This document shows positions 1 through 8,279 of a stretch of 64,000 nt of DNA, piece after piece. The position numbers were made by a program, and so were the translations under genes. The stretch is from a virus. Numbering within the stretch: position 1 is the first letter of the stretch; every line of letters begins with the position of its first letter. The stretch is from positions 28,344 to 92,343 of IMG/VR virus record IMGVR_UViG_3300042377_000625; one strand, written 5' to 3'. The notes under the pieces were generated by a model, which saw only the letters and a program-made list of their open reading frames with translations, did no database searches and was not told where the DNA came from.

Positions 1-564
1 TTTGAATACAAAGACGGTGAAAATCTTGACGGTGATATGAAAACTGTTAAAAAGGTTGAAACCAAAGAAGCATCAAGAACTTTAGGAAACGGTTCTAACT
101 TTAGAAAGGGTGGTTTATCAAAACCAAGAGCTCACTCTAAATTTAATACCGCAATCCAAAAAGAGAGTGTTGATAACAAAGAATTACAAGTTCTTAGAGA
201 AAAAAATGAAGAGTACAGAAAAGCACTTAACGTTTTCAGAAATAAATTAAACGAAGTTGCAGTGTTTAATTCAAACTTAGCTTATGCTACACGTTTGTTT
301 ACAGAACATTCGACATCAAAACAAGAGAAGATTAATATCTTAAGACGTTTTGATAGTGTTGAAACTATTAAAGAATCTAAAAACTTGTATAAGACATTAA
401 AAGATGACCTTTCGGCTACGACAAGTCAACCAATGAATGAATCAATGGAAAGAACCATTCAAAGTTCTCCATCAACAGGTTCTTCGGCTAACTTGATTGA
501 GTCTAAAACATACGAAAATCCTCAGTTCTTAAGAATGAAAGATTTAATGTCAAAATTAAAATAA
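1..564 (+). CDS. Putative prohead scaffolding/core protein, 5'-truncated (frame open from base 1)
   Basis: Charged, coiled-coil-like ORF directly upstream of the major capsid gene, the T4 gp22 position; several L/I-x-E motifs. Confidence 0.55.
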   Translation, partial: FEYKDGENLDGDMKTVKKVETKEASRTLGNGSNFRKGGLSKPRAHSKFNTAIQKESVDNKELQVLREKNEEYRKALNVFRNKLNEVAVFNSNLAYATRLFTEHSTSKQEKINILRRFDSVETIKESKNLYKTLKDDLSATTSQPMNESMERTIQSSPSTGSSANLIESKTYENPQFLRMKDLMSKLK

Positions 565-596
565 AATAAACTAAAAAATTAATAAAAACCAAAAAA

Positions 597-2468
597 ATGG
601 GAGCATTATTAGAATCAGGTCTTGTTGGTAACATCGGGTTAAAACACCTTAAAGTTATCAAAGAAGATACTATCAACAAATGGGATAAATTAGGATTCCT
701 AGAAGGCCTTAAAGGTCACCTAAAAGAAAACGTAGCTCAGTTATATGAGAACCAAGCGTCTTTCTTAATTAACGAAGCAACGTCTGACGGGTCTTCAGGT
801 TCATTTGAAACTGTTGTATTCCCTATCGTAAGACGTGTATTCTCTAAATTATTAGCGAATGACATCGTATCAGTACAAGCGATGAATTTACCAATCGGTA
901 AATTATTCTTCTTTGTACCTAAAATTCAAGGGTATTCAGGTGGTACTAACACTCCATGGAGTGATGTATCTTCAGGAGACCACTACGCACCACTAGGAGC
1001 ACCAAACGGACCAACATCTCAAAATGCAGGTTACACAGGAACTGGAGCGGTTGCTAAAAACCTTTATGACTTATTCTACGAAGGAACTGAACCAGGTTTA
1101 GACCCAGCAGGTTTATTCGATTATTCAAAAGGTCGTTGGTCAGCAATCACTGCAAGTACGTTGATTCAAGCATGGTCAAATGGGTCATTAGTTGATGCAA
1201 CTATTAATGATGGTGCACCAGCAAATGGTATTGAAATTGCTTCAGGTAACACAAGAAAAGTTATTGTTAAAATGTGTGGTTTCGCTGATACAGGAGCTGG
1301 TAAATTAATCGGACCTGACGGTAATGAAATGGATACAGAATCTTTCTTATCTGATTTAGTTATCTTTACAGGTGCTGGTTTAACAGTTGCTGAAGGTTCT
1401 CCATGTACAGTTTCAACAGGAGCATTATTGTTCAGAGTTGTTACTCAACAATATGGTAAAGGAATCGTTTCTTACGGTAATACAGTTCAAACTAATTGGC
1501 CAGCGGCATCAGGTAATAACCCTGCAGGTAACGGTGGTTCGTTTAAAACCGTATGTGACGCTAACGGATGTATCTACTTAGAAGTTGATTTATCTTGTCC
1601 AGTATGTGCTGATTGTGATTCTACATCTTTAGATGGTTACACAGGTACTACTATTACTGAAGCGTCTTCAGGAACATCATTCTACGCAGCGTTCAGACGT
1701 TACGAACAATTAGAATTTGAAGATAAAATCGGTGAGGTTTCTTTCGACTTAGATTCAGTTACTGTATCTGTTACAGAAAGAAAATTAAGAGCACAATGGT
1801 CTCCTGAGTTAGCTCAAGACGTTGCTGCATTCCACAACATCGATGCTGAAGCTGAATTAACGGCTTTATTATCTGAACAAGTTGCTGCTGAAATCGACCG
1901 TGAAATCTTAAGAGATTTACGTAAAGGTGCGGCATGGAACTTACGTTGGGATTACAACGGATGGAGAAGAATTTCTCAAACTACATCTTATACTCAAAAA
2001 GATTGGAATCAAACATTAATTACTGCAATTAACCAATTGTCAGCACAAATCCACAAATCTACATTAAGAGGTGGAGCTAACTGGATTGTAGTTTCTTCTG
2101 AGATTTCGGCTATTTTTGATGATTTAGAGTACTTCCACGTATCTAACGCGTCTCCAGAGCAAGACCAATACAACATGGGTATTGAAAGAGTTGGAACATT
2201 AGCAGGTCGTTACCAAGTTTACCGTGACCCTTACTTCCCAGCTAACACAGTGTTAGTAGGACATAAAGGAACGTCATTGTTAGACACAGGTTACATCTAC
2301 GCACCGTATGTACCATTACAATTAACACCTACAATGTATAACCCATTCAACTTCACACCTATTAAAGGTATTATGACACGTTACGCTAAGAAAATGGTTA
2401 ACAACCGTTTCTACGGACGTATCACAGTTGATGGAGTTAGAACATTCGACTTAAGAGAATTGAGATAA
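597..2468 (+). CDS. gp23: Major capsid protein, T4 gp23 family, with a large internal insertion
   Basis: gp23 motifs: VSVQAMNLPIG, RKLRAQWSPELAQD..AFHNIDAEAELTALLSEQVAAEIDREI, GYIYAPYVPL, GIMTRYA; probable cleavage at LINE60|A. Confidence 0.95.
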   Translation: MGALLESGLVGNIGLKHLKVIKEDTINKWDKLGFLEGLKGHLKENVAQLYENQASFLINEATSDGSSGSFETVVFPIVRRVFSKLLANDIVSVQAMNLPIGKLFFFVPKIQGYSGGTNTPWSDVSSGDHYAPLGAPNGPTSQNAGYTGTGAVAKNLYDLFYEGTEPGLDPAGLFDYSKGRWSAITASTLIQAWSNGSLVDATINDGAPANGIEIASGNTRKVIVKMCGFADTGAGKLIGPDGNEMDTESFLSDLVIFTGAGLTVAEGSPCTVSTGALLFRVVTQQYGKGIVSYGNTVQTNWPAASGNNPAGNGGSFKTVCDANGCIYLEVDLSCPVCADCDSTSLDGYTGTTITEASSGTSFYAAFRRYEQLEFEDKIGEVSFDLDSVTVSVTERKLRAQWSPELAQDVAAFHNIDAEAELTALLSEQVAAEIDREILRDLRKGAAWNLRWDYNGWRRISQTTSYTQKDWNQTLITAINQLSAQIHKSTLRGGANWIVVSSEISAIFDDLEYFHVSNASPEQDQYNMGIERVGTLAGRYQVYRDPYFPANTVLVGHKGTSLLDTGYIYAPYVPLQLTPTMYNPFNFTPIKGIMTRYAKKMVNNRFYGRITVDGVRTFDLRELR

Positions 2469-2488
2469 TCAACATCTTAAATAATATG

Positions 2489-2517
2489 AAAAGGGACGAG
2501 TAATCGTCCCTTTTTTT
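2489..2517 (+). terminator. Intrinsic terminator after the capsid gene
   Basis: AAAAGGGACGA-GTAA-TCGTCCCTTTT hairpin followed by a T run. Confidence 0.85.
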
Positions 2518-2527
2518 GTTTTACAAG

Positions 2528-2535
2528 TATTTATA
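2528..2535 (+). promoter_or_regulatory. Putative late promoter TATTTATA
   Basis: Motif recurs upstream of about 14 structural-type genes; here 4 nt before ATG 2540. Confidence 0.6.
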
Positions 2536-2539
2536 TTAT

Positions 2540-2953
2540 ATGAGCGAATTACGTAGATTAATCAAAGAACATTTATTATTAGAAAAGAAAATTGGGCATA
2601 TTATGGCCAAAATAGAAATTGCCTTTGGTTTTGAGATTGATAGAACTACCCACGCATATGAAAGAAAAAACAGAACTGATATTCCTGATTATAATGATAG
2701 AGAAATATCTAACGGTGAATTAAAATATATAATTGAGAGTTGTAGACGAGAAATTGCGGAAGGAATTACCACAGGAGAGATTAAAGATGATGTAGCATTT
2801 GTTATTAAATCAAAAGAAAAAGAAATCGCTATGGTCATAGTACCAAAACATGGTGGTGGCTCCTATTGGAAATTACTTATAATTACCGTTTTTAGAGAAT
2901 CGTATGATTTATCTTTTAGAGTTGGTAAAGACCAATTTGTTATTTGGATTTAA
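2540..2953 (+). CDS. Hypothetical protein, possible RelE/BECR-like fold; probable start is the ATG at 2540
   Basis: ORF-track start 2516 overlaps the terminator; N-terminal LRRLIKEHLLLE motif; HAYER and LIITVFR motifs. Confidence 0.6.
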   Translation: MSELRRLIKEHLLLEKKIGHIMAKIEIAFGFEIDRTTHAYERKNRTDIPDYNDREISNGELKYIIESCRREIAEGITTGEIKDDVAFVIKSKEKEIAMVIVPKHGGGSYWKLLIITVFRESYDLSFRVGKDQFVIWI

Positions 2954-3066
2954 AAAAGAACGGGACTTAGTATCTAAATCGTTTCTATCCCGTTCAAATT
3001 AGGAGGTTTTCGTCCTAACCATTATGATTGATTTAGTTGTATCTGAATCGTTTCCCTCAACCACAT
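2952..3066 (-). ncRNA. Candidate structured small RNA with a duplicated GAAACGAUUYAGAUAC loop motif
   Basis: Upstream TTG-N19-TATCTTTG promoter; several hairpins with minus-strand G-U wobbles; terminal hairpin plus U6; no substantial ORF. Confidence 0.5.
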
Positions 3067-3068
3067 TA

Positions 3069-3098
3069 CAAAGATAAGTAAATATACTGAATCCACAA
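3069..3098 (-). promoter_or_regulatory. Bacteroidota-type housekeeping promoter (-33 TTG, -7 TATCTTTG)
   Basis: Reverse complement of CAAAGATA (3069-3076) and CAA (3096-3098), spacer 19 nt. Confidence 0.55.
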
Positions 3099-3119
3099 CT
3101 TTTTTTTCGAAAAAACAGA

Positions 3120-3127
3120 TATTTATA
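3120..3127 (+). promoter_or_regulatory. Putative late promoter TATTTATA
   Basis: 18 nt upstream of ATG 3146. Confidence 0.6.
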
Positions 3128-3145
3128 TATTAAACAGAAATAGGT

Positions 3146-4021
3146 ATGAAAAAATTATATTTTTTAAATGAAGAAGAATCTAAAAGAATTCTAAATCTTC
3201 ATAAAGAAGCAACTAAAAAACAATATCTTAAAGAAGACGACACTATGATGTCATCTGAAAATGAGTTAGCCGAAGATGGTGTAATGGCGTCAATGGCAAC
3301 AGGTGCTGCAATTGGTGGAGCCGTTGGTTTAGTTCCAGGAGCAATTATCGGTGGAGCGATTGGATTAATTAACGGATTAATTAATGGTGGGAATTATTCT
3401 TACAAAGGTGCCGAAAAAATTTTACAAGCTTGTGGAAATTTAAAAGAAGTTGGTAAATCAACACTGAGTAGAGCCACATTAAATGGTATTGCCGATGGTA
3501 TTAACGCAGCGGTTGATGGTATGGGTACTGATGAGGATGCAATTAAAAGTAATCTACAAAAAATCACAACAATTCCTGATTTATGTGCGATGTCAAACAT
3601 ATATAATACAAGACATGGTGAAAGTTTATTCGCAGCAATTGATGGGGACATCGATTCTGAGGGTGAATGGAAACAATATGTTTTTTTACCATTATTAGAC
3701 GCATATGAAAACAGTGTTGACCTTGGTAAAAAATTGGCGGCACAAAAGGAATCAAGTGTCGTAAAGGGATTTGAAAAATTTCCTTGTATTCCAAGTAACC
3801 CAAAAGCGAAATCATCAAAATTGAGTGACGGTAGTATTGCTTACATAATTGATGGGGTGGTTTATTACGGGAATGGTAGAAAAAAATTGGTCGACGGAAC
3901 TATGGCCAGTTATTCTTGTGGTAAAGAATCGTCTAATACTAAGACAAATACTAAGACAAAAGTTAAACAACCAACAATACCTTCAGATACAGATTTAGAT
4001 ATGGTATTGACTAAACTTTAA
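3146..4021 (+). CDS. Putative virion protein with a glycine zipper and an annexin-like repeat
   Basis: GAAIGGAVGLVPGAIIGGAIG; AVDGMGTDEDAI...YNTRHGESLFAAIDGD resembles an annexin repeat; N-terminal LNEEESKRILNLH. Confidence 0.6.
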   Translation: MKKLYFLNEEESKRILNLHKEATKKQYLKEDDTMMSSENELAEDGVMASMATGAAIGGAVGLVPGAIIGGAIGLINGLINGGNYSYKGAEKILQACGNLKEVGKSTLSRATLNGIADGINAAVDGMGTDEDAIKSNLQKITTIPDLCAMSNIYNTRHGESLFAAIDGDIDSEGEWKQYVFLPLLDAYENSVDLGKKLAAQKESSVVKGFEKFPCIPSNPKAKSSKLSDGSIAYIIDGVVYYGNGRKKLVDGTMASYSCGKESSNTKTNTKTKVKQPTIPSDTDLDMVLTKL

Positions 4022-4037
4022 ATTATTAATTATTAAA

Positions 4038-4520
4038 ATGAAGAAAATTATAAAAATAACTGAATCTGAAAAAGAGTCTATTTTAAATTTACATAACACG
4101 TATAAAAATAGATTAATGGAACAAACACCAGCTCCTGTAACTGCAGCTCCTGCAACCGCAACTCCTGCAACCGCAGCTCCTGCAACCGCAGCTCCTGCAT
4201 CCCAAGATAGAAAAGTAGATTGTACAACAACTAAAAATCCTACAAGATGTAAACAAAAAGTTTTAGATGTACAAGTTAAAATTAACGATAAATGTACTAA
4301 GATATCTAAAAAATTAGTTGAGGATGGTATATACGGTACTAATACTATGAACGCAATTAATGCTTGTACGGGTATTGATTTGAGTAAAAGTTCGGGAACT
4401 CAAACACCCGCAGGAGTACAAACACCTGCAGGAGTACAAACACCCGCAGGAGTACAAACACCCGCTGGAACTACAGTTGCGTCAGCAACAGATGAACCTG
4501 TTGATAGCTTAACGGTTTAA
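4038..4520 (+). CDS. Putative virion protein with a peptidoglycan-binding-like domain and Pro/Ala/Thr repeats
   Basis: VLDVQVKIN...LVEDGIYGTNTMNAI resembles PG_binding_1; N-terminal ITESEKESILNLH. Confidence 0.55.
   Translation: MKKIIKITESEKESILNLHNTYKNRLMEQTPAPVTAAPATATPATAAPATAAPASQDRKVDCTTTKNPTRCKQKVLDVQVKINDKCTKISKKLVEDGIYGTNTMNAINACTGIDLSKSSGTQTPAGVQTPAGVQTPAGVQTPAGTTVASATDEPVDSLTV
4401..4469 (+). repeat. 18-bp tandem repeat, about 4 copies, encoding QTPAGV
   Basis: CAAACACCCGCAGGAGTA units. Confidence 0.9.
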
Positions 4521-4900
4521 TCTTCTAAGGGACTGATTAATCTACTAGCGGTAGAATAATTCGTAGCGATTGCAATGTCATGGACATTACAAATTCTTAA
4601 TAACATACTAACATCTACTTGATGTGGATGAACTTCTAAGGGGTCGATAAAGAATATAACTATATCGACTTCTTTGTTTACAATCATTGACGCAATCTGA
4701 GCGTCACCACCCATAGGACCACTTAACATCGTCTCAACCTTAGTTAATCCAGCATGTTTTAAATGTTTTCCTGTTGTACCTGTGGCAACTACTTCAACAT
4801 TATCTGAAGTGAAGAAAGGTAGTCGTTTCATTACGAATGATACCATATCGGCCTTCTTACCGTCGTGAGCGATTAACGCTAATTTAATCTTCTGTTTCAT
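4517..4900 (-). CDS. mgsA: Methylglyoxal synthase
   Basis: LALIAHDGKK, ATGTTG, SGPMGGDAQI, FFIDPL..HPHQVDV..LLRIC, ATN motifs; likely start ATG 4900. Confidence 0.93.
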   Translation of the reverse strand: MKQKIKLALIAHDGKKADMVSFVMKRLPFFTSDNVEVVATGTTGKHLKHAGLTKVETMLSGPMGGDAQIASMIVNKEVDIVIFFIDPLEVHPHQVDVSMLLRICNVHDIAIATNYSTASRLISPLED

Positions 4901-5117
4901 TTTTAATTTCCTGTTTTGACATAACTCTAATTGCTCTTGATACAACCTCTGCCTCACCTAAAGAATAAACCCCCTCGTGGTATGCCTTCTTAACCGCTTG
5001 TATTAATAGGTATGAAGCATTGTCTTTATCCATAGATTGTAGTAGCACGTCTAAATGGTCCTCAGTTAGTAGAGGTATTGTGTCGAATAGTTTTCCAAAT
5101 AATTGTTGTTCTTCCAT
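4884..5117 (-). CDS. Hypothetical protein (77 aa)
   Basis: ORF overlapping the mgsA start. Confidence 0.7.
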   Translation of the reverse strand: MEEQQLFGKLFDTIPLLTEDHLDVLLQSMDKDNASYLLIQAVKKAYHEGVYSLGEAEVVSRAIRVMSKQEIKNETED

Positions 5118-5140
5118 TGTGAAAATATCTTTTTTTGATA

Positions 5141-5148
5141 TATTTATA
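5141..5148 (+). promoter_or_regulatory. Putative late promoter TATTTATA
   Basis: 17 nt upstream of ATG 5166. Confidence 0.6.
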
Positions 5149-5165
5149 AGTATACTAAAATATCT

Positions 5166-6611
5166 ATGCTAAATCAATTAATAAAGAAAGTATTACTCGA
5201 GGCAACTTCTGACAGTAATGGGGGTAGAGGGTCCTATGTTTCTCCTTTACAACCTGGTGTTAGAGAATTTAGTAAAGAGTCGTTACAACCATTTATAACA
5301 CCCGTATCAAAGTATGTCAATACTGAGTTGGGATACGACAGTTATGACGGTAAAATGAGTACCCCTAAAAAGAAAATTAAAAAGATGGAAAATAAAGCAA
5401 AAAACATCTCCAATTATATTAAGAATCACCCTACTTTAACATCTGGTGATGATGAAGGTAATAATATAAACCAAACACCTGGAGGTAAAAAAAGTATTGT
5501 ACCAATCACAACTCTAAAAGAGTGGATTGAAATAAAAAAAGACACTGTAGTTGTTGGTGAAAAGAAAGTAATTAAACTTAACGAAGGTGATATTATTCGA
5601 ATGGTAAAAAGAATTTTATCTGAACAAGATGATGAAAAAACTTATTATAAGTTAGGTGCAACAGGTTTAGGATTTAAAATTATTGATGGAAAATTATACA
5701 CGGTATTATTTAATAAATCAACAGGTGAAGTAAAACCAGACTACGCATTAAACGGGGAGTTATACGACTTCAAAGTAGATGTTAAAACAGGTGAAGTACT
5801 TGACGAGGACTATAGAACAAATATCGAATTCACAGAGTTTTATTGGAATGATATAGTTCGTTCTGATATACAACCTGGACAATATAATAATGTAAGATAC
5901 AAATTTATTGCCGTGGCACCTGAAGGTGTTCCTAATAAGGCCTCAATCGGTAAACCAGTTGTTTACACGGGTAATATTGTTGCAGAGGACATAAGTGTCT
6001 TAAAATCAATCGGAATGACCGAATCTAAAGATACTACCATTTCACCTATGATGTATTATAAGAAGGGTGGAAAAGGGTATTATGTGATGTTATATCCTGG
6101 CGCAAGACCTGGTACTGAAGTTACAATTGGTGGGTCATCAAAAAAAACAACACCAACACCGACTAATATTAGTTTGGATATTACAGAACCGTTCGTATTT
6201 GACAAAACAGAATTAAAACCTGAAGCTCAAGATAAGATTGATAAATTTATTTCTAATTTAAATGGTTACTTGAAAACATATCCTAAGTATGGTAAATTCT
6301 TATTACAAAACGTCCCATTAATTATCGGATATTCATCAAGAGATAAAGACCCTAACGATAGAATAATTGGTAAATTACCTGCATGTCAATCATCTAAAAC
6401 TATTGGTGAGTATAATCAATGTTTATCACAACAAAGAGCAAATACAATCGCTAATATGATTAAAGAGAAAACGGGTATTGTTATGACCCCTATTGGTAAA
6501 GGTGAAACGACTGAGTTCGGGCCAGGATGGACAAAAGAAAAATCAACTACTACTGACCAAACACAACCTAATAGAAGGTTTGTAATTAAAATTAAAGATT
6601 ATACAGAATAA
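5166..6611 (+). CDS. Putative virion protein with a C-terminal OmpA-like peptidoglycan-binding domain
   Basis: FVFDKTELKPE...IIGYSS...NQCLSQQRA...GKGE...NRRFVI matches the OmpA_C pattern; internal KLNEGDIIRMVKRILSE motif. Confidence 0.7.
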   Translation: MLNQLIKKVLLEATSDSNGGRGSYVSPLQPGVREFSKESLQPFITPVSKYVNTELGYDSYDGKMSTPKKKIKKMENKAKNISNYIKNHPTLTSGDDEGNNINQTPGGKKSIVPITTLKEWIEIKKDTVVVGEKKVIKLNEGDIIRMVKRILSEQDDEKTYYKLGATGLGFKIIDGKLYTVLFNKSTGEVKPDYALNGELYDFKVDVKTGEVLDEDYRTNIEFTEFYWNDIVRSDIQPGQYNNVRYKFIAVAPEGVPNKASIGKPVVYTGNIVAEDISVLKSIGMTESKDTTISPMMYYKKGGKGYYVMLYPGARPGTEVTIGGSSKKTTPTPTNISLDITEPFVFDKTELKPEAQDKIDKFISNLNGYLKTYPKYGKFLLQNVPLIIGYSSRDKDPNDRIIGKLPACQSSKTIGEYNQCLSQQRANTIANMIKEKTGIVMTPIGKGETTEFGPGWTKEKSTTTDQTQPNRRFVIKIKDYTE

Positions 6612-6639
6612 AAAAAAGAGGTCATTAGACCTCTTTTTT
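6611..6639. terminator. Bidirectional intrinsic terminator
   Basis: AAAAAAGAGGTC-ATTA-GACCTCTTTTTT between convergent genes. Confidence 0.85.
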
Positions 6640-6641
6640 AT

Positions 6642-7037
6642 TTAGAACACTTTGATGTTGATAATTTTCTTATCAGTGTAGTCATCAAAGCAGTAGATTA
6701 AAACATACTTACCTAACTTAGGATGAGTATTAGTATGTGGAATACTATCTAATGTGACAACCCCTGTTTTCTTATCTTGGATATATACGTATGAATCGTA
6801 TGTGAATTCATTATGTAACGTTTGATTAAGTTTGAAGTCCTTGAAAAATCTAACTGAATCAAGATTAGTGATATCAATCTTGTATGTGTTAAGTAACAAC
6901 TTAACGGATACGGAATCTTTAACCCATAAATCACTTAACTCATAGAAGTTCCCCGCCTTCTTAATAGAGGATTCAACCTGAGCGAAACCAACACATGTGG
7001 TTAAGACTAAAACGATGAGTGTGATTAATTTTTTCAT
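6642..7037 (-). CDS. Secreted/periplasmic hypothetical protein
   Basis: Signal peptide MKKLITLIVLVLTTCVGFA|Q; TAACTTTG just upstream (7042-7049). Confidence 0.7.
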   Translation of the reverse strand: MKKLITLIVLVLTTCVGFAQVESSIKKAGNFYELSDLWVKDSVSVKLLLNTYKIDITNLDSVRFFKDFKLNQTLHNEFTYDSYVYIQDKKTGVVTLDSIPHTNTHPKLGKYVLIYCFDDYTDKKIINIKVF

Positions 7038-7046
7038 ATTACAAAG

Positions 7047-7457
7047 TTAAGCAATTTTTTCTAATATTGATGATAAAGAATGAACTATTTGTGATTTTAT
7101 TTCATCTTCGTACCCTTGTCTCATAATCTCTGTTTTGTTATCATACAAAACATTTAATTTTTCCCAATCTCTCTGAGACAAAACTATATCATAATGGTAT
7201 ACGTGATTGGTAATACTAATTTTTCTATCGTCCATAAGGATAAATAAACCTAACGTAACATTCTTGATATATTTCTTACCTGATAGTGGAGCAATTAAAA
7301 ATTTAGAATCAGGATGATTAATAAGTCTACGACAAATTGCGGTACAAATCTTTTCATTTTCCGATAGTCGACTTTTTTCTGTGAAAAATCGATACTTGTG
7401 CCAAAGAGTAAATTTAGTGTACCATCTCTTTAGAACCCTCTTTAAATATATTTTCAT
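7047..7457 (-). CDS. Hypothetical protein
   Basis: 136-aa ORF with TATCTTTG upstream (7493-7500). Confidence 0.7.
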   Translation of the reverse strand: MKIYLKRVLKRWYTKFTLWHKYRFFTEKSRLSENEKICTAICRRLINHPDSKFLIAPLSGKKYIKNVTLGLFILMDDRKISITNHVYHYDIVLSQRDWEKLNVLYDNKTEIMRQGYEDEIKSQIVHSLSSILEKIA

Positions 7458-7514
7458 TTTTTTGTTGTATGTTGATTACATTATCTTAAGTACAAAGATA
7501 GTAAAAATATTGAC

Positions 7515-7549
7515 AAAAAAAAATAACCTTAAAATAATTAAGGTTATTT
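7515..7549 (-). terminator. Probable intrinsic terminator
   Basis: AAATAACCTTAA...TTAAGGTTATTT inverted repeat preceded by an A run. Confidence 0.6.
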
Positions 7550-7578
7550 CTTGTATTTTTTATTATTAGTCTTACTAA

Positions 7579-8181
7579 TTACCCGTTTAATCCGTTACCA
7601 CCAATAAGAACCGCGTTCATTTGAACAACTTCTCTACCAGCACTATTTGTATAGGTTGGATGTGGAGGAATTATTGTAATTACCGAATTGTCGCATATTT
7701 CCTGGCATATGGTGGTTTCAGTGTTAGACGATAATGGTGGTAGATTTTTACAATCTTCACAATCTAAAAATGGCCCTGAACTGTAATGATAATTTGTTTC
7801 ACCCGTTAGTGATAACTCATCAAAAGTAGCACAAAATGGTGTTTCAGAACCAAATTGTATTTCATAAGTAATACCTGTTGTAGGAGTACCATATTCACGA
7901 CAAAAATTAGTTGCTTCAATATTAAACACTTCTAAGTCATTACATCCTATAAATTTAAAATTTAAAGACTCTGTAAGACCACTTAAACACGTACAACAAT
8001 CGTCGTGTAATTGAACAAAGGATATATTTAGAGTTTCCGCGCTTTCTGTTACTGCCCCAACAGTACCACAAAATCGAGCCTCGCTAATATCGAACTCTAC
8101 TGTGGCCCCCAAAGTTAACGTTGCTGCAGAAAGAATGTATACATCATTAGTTAAACATTCATTTATAATATAATTTGCCAT
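7579..8181 (-). CDS. Cys-rich putative structural protein with internally repeated modules
   Basis: DDCCTC and DCEDC motifs in two similar halves; late motif at 8267-8274. Confidence 0.6.
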   Translation of the reverse strand: MANYIINECLTNDVYILSAATLTLGATVEFDISEARFCGTVGAVTESAETLNISFVQLHDDCCTCLSGLTESLNFKFIGCNDLEVFNIEATNFCREYGTPTTGITYEIQFGSETPFCATFDELSLTGETNYHYSSGPFLDCEDCKNLPPLSSNTETTICQEICDNSVITIIPPHPTYTNSAGREVVQMNAVLIGGNGLNG

Positions 8182-8279
8182 ATCTTTTGTGTTATTTTTT
8201 TTTTAATTTTTATAGGTTATAATGTAAAATTTAATAATTTTATATTATTTAACATTTTGTTTTTATTATAAATATCTTA

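Noticed and set aside
2995-3060. Resemblance to a c-di-GMP-I riboswitch (GGACGAAAACCUCC) or hammerhead ribozyme
   Set aside because: No GNRA/receptor architecture, no CUGAUGA core and no downstream gene on that strand
4901-4957. N-terminal extension of mgsA in the ORF track
   Set aside because: Overlaps the upstream gene; homology starts near ATG 4900
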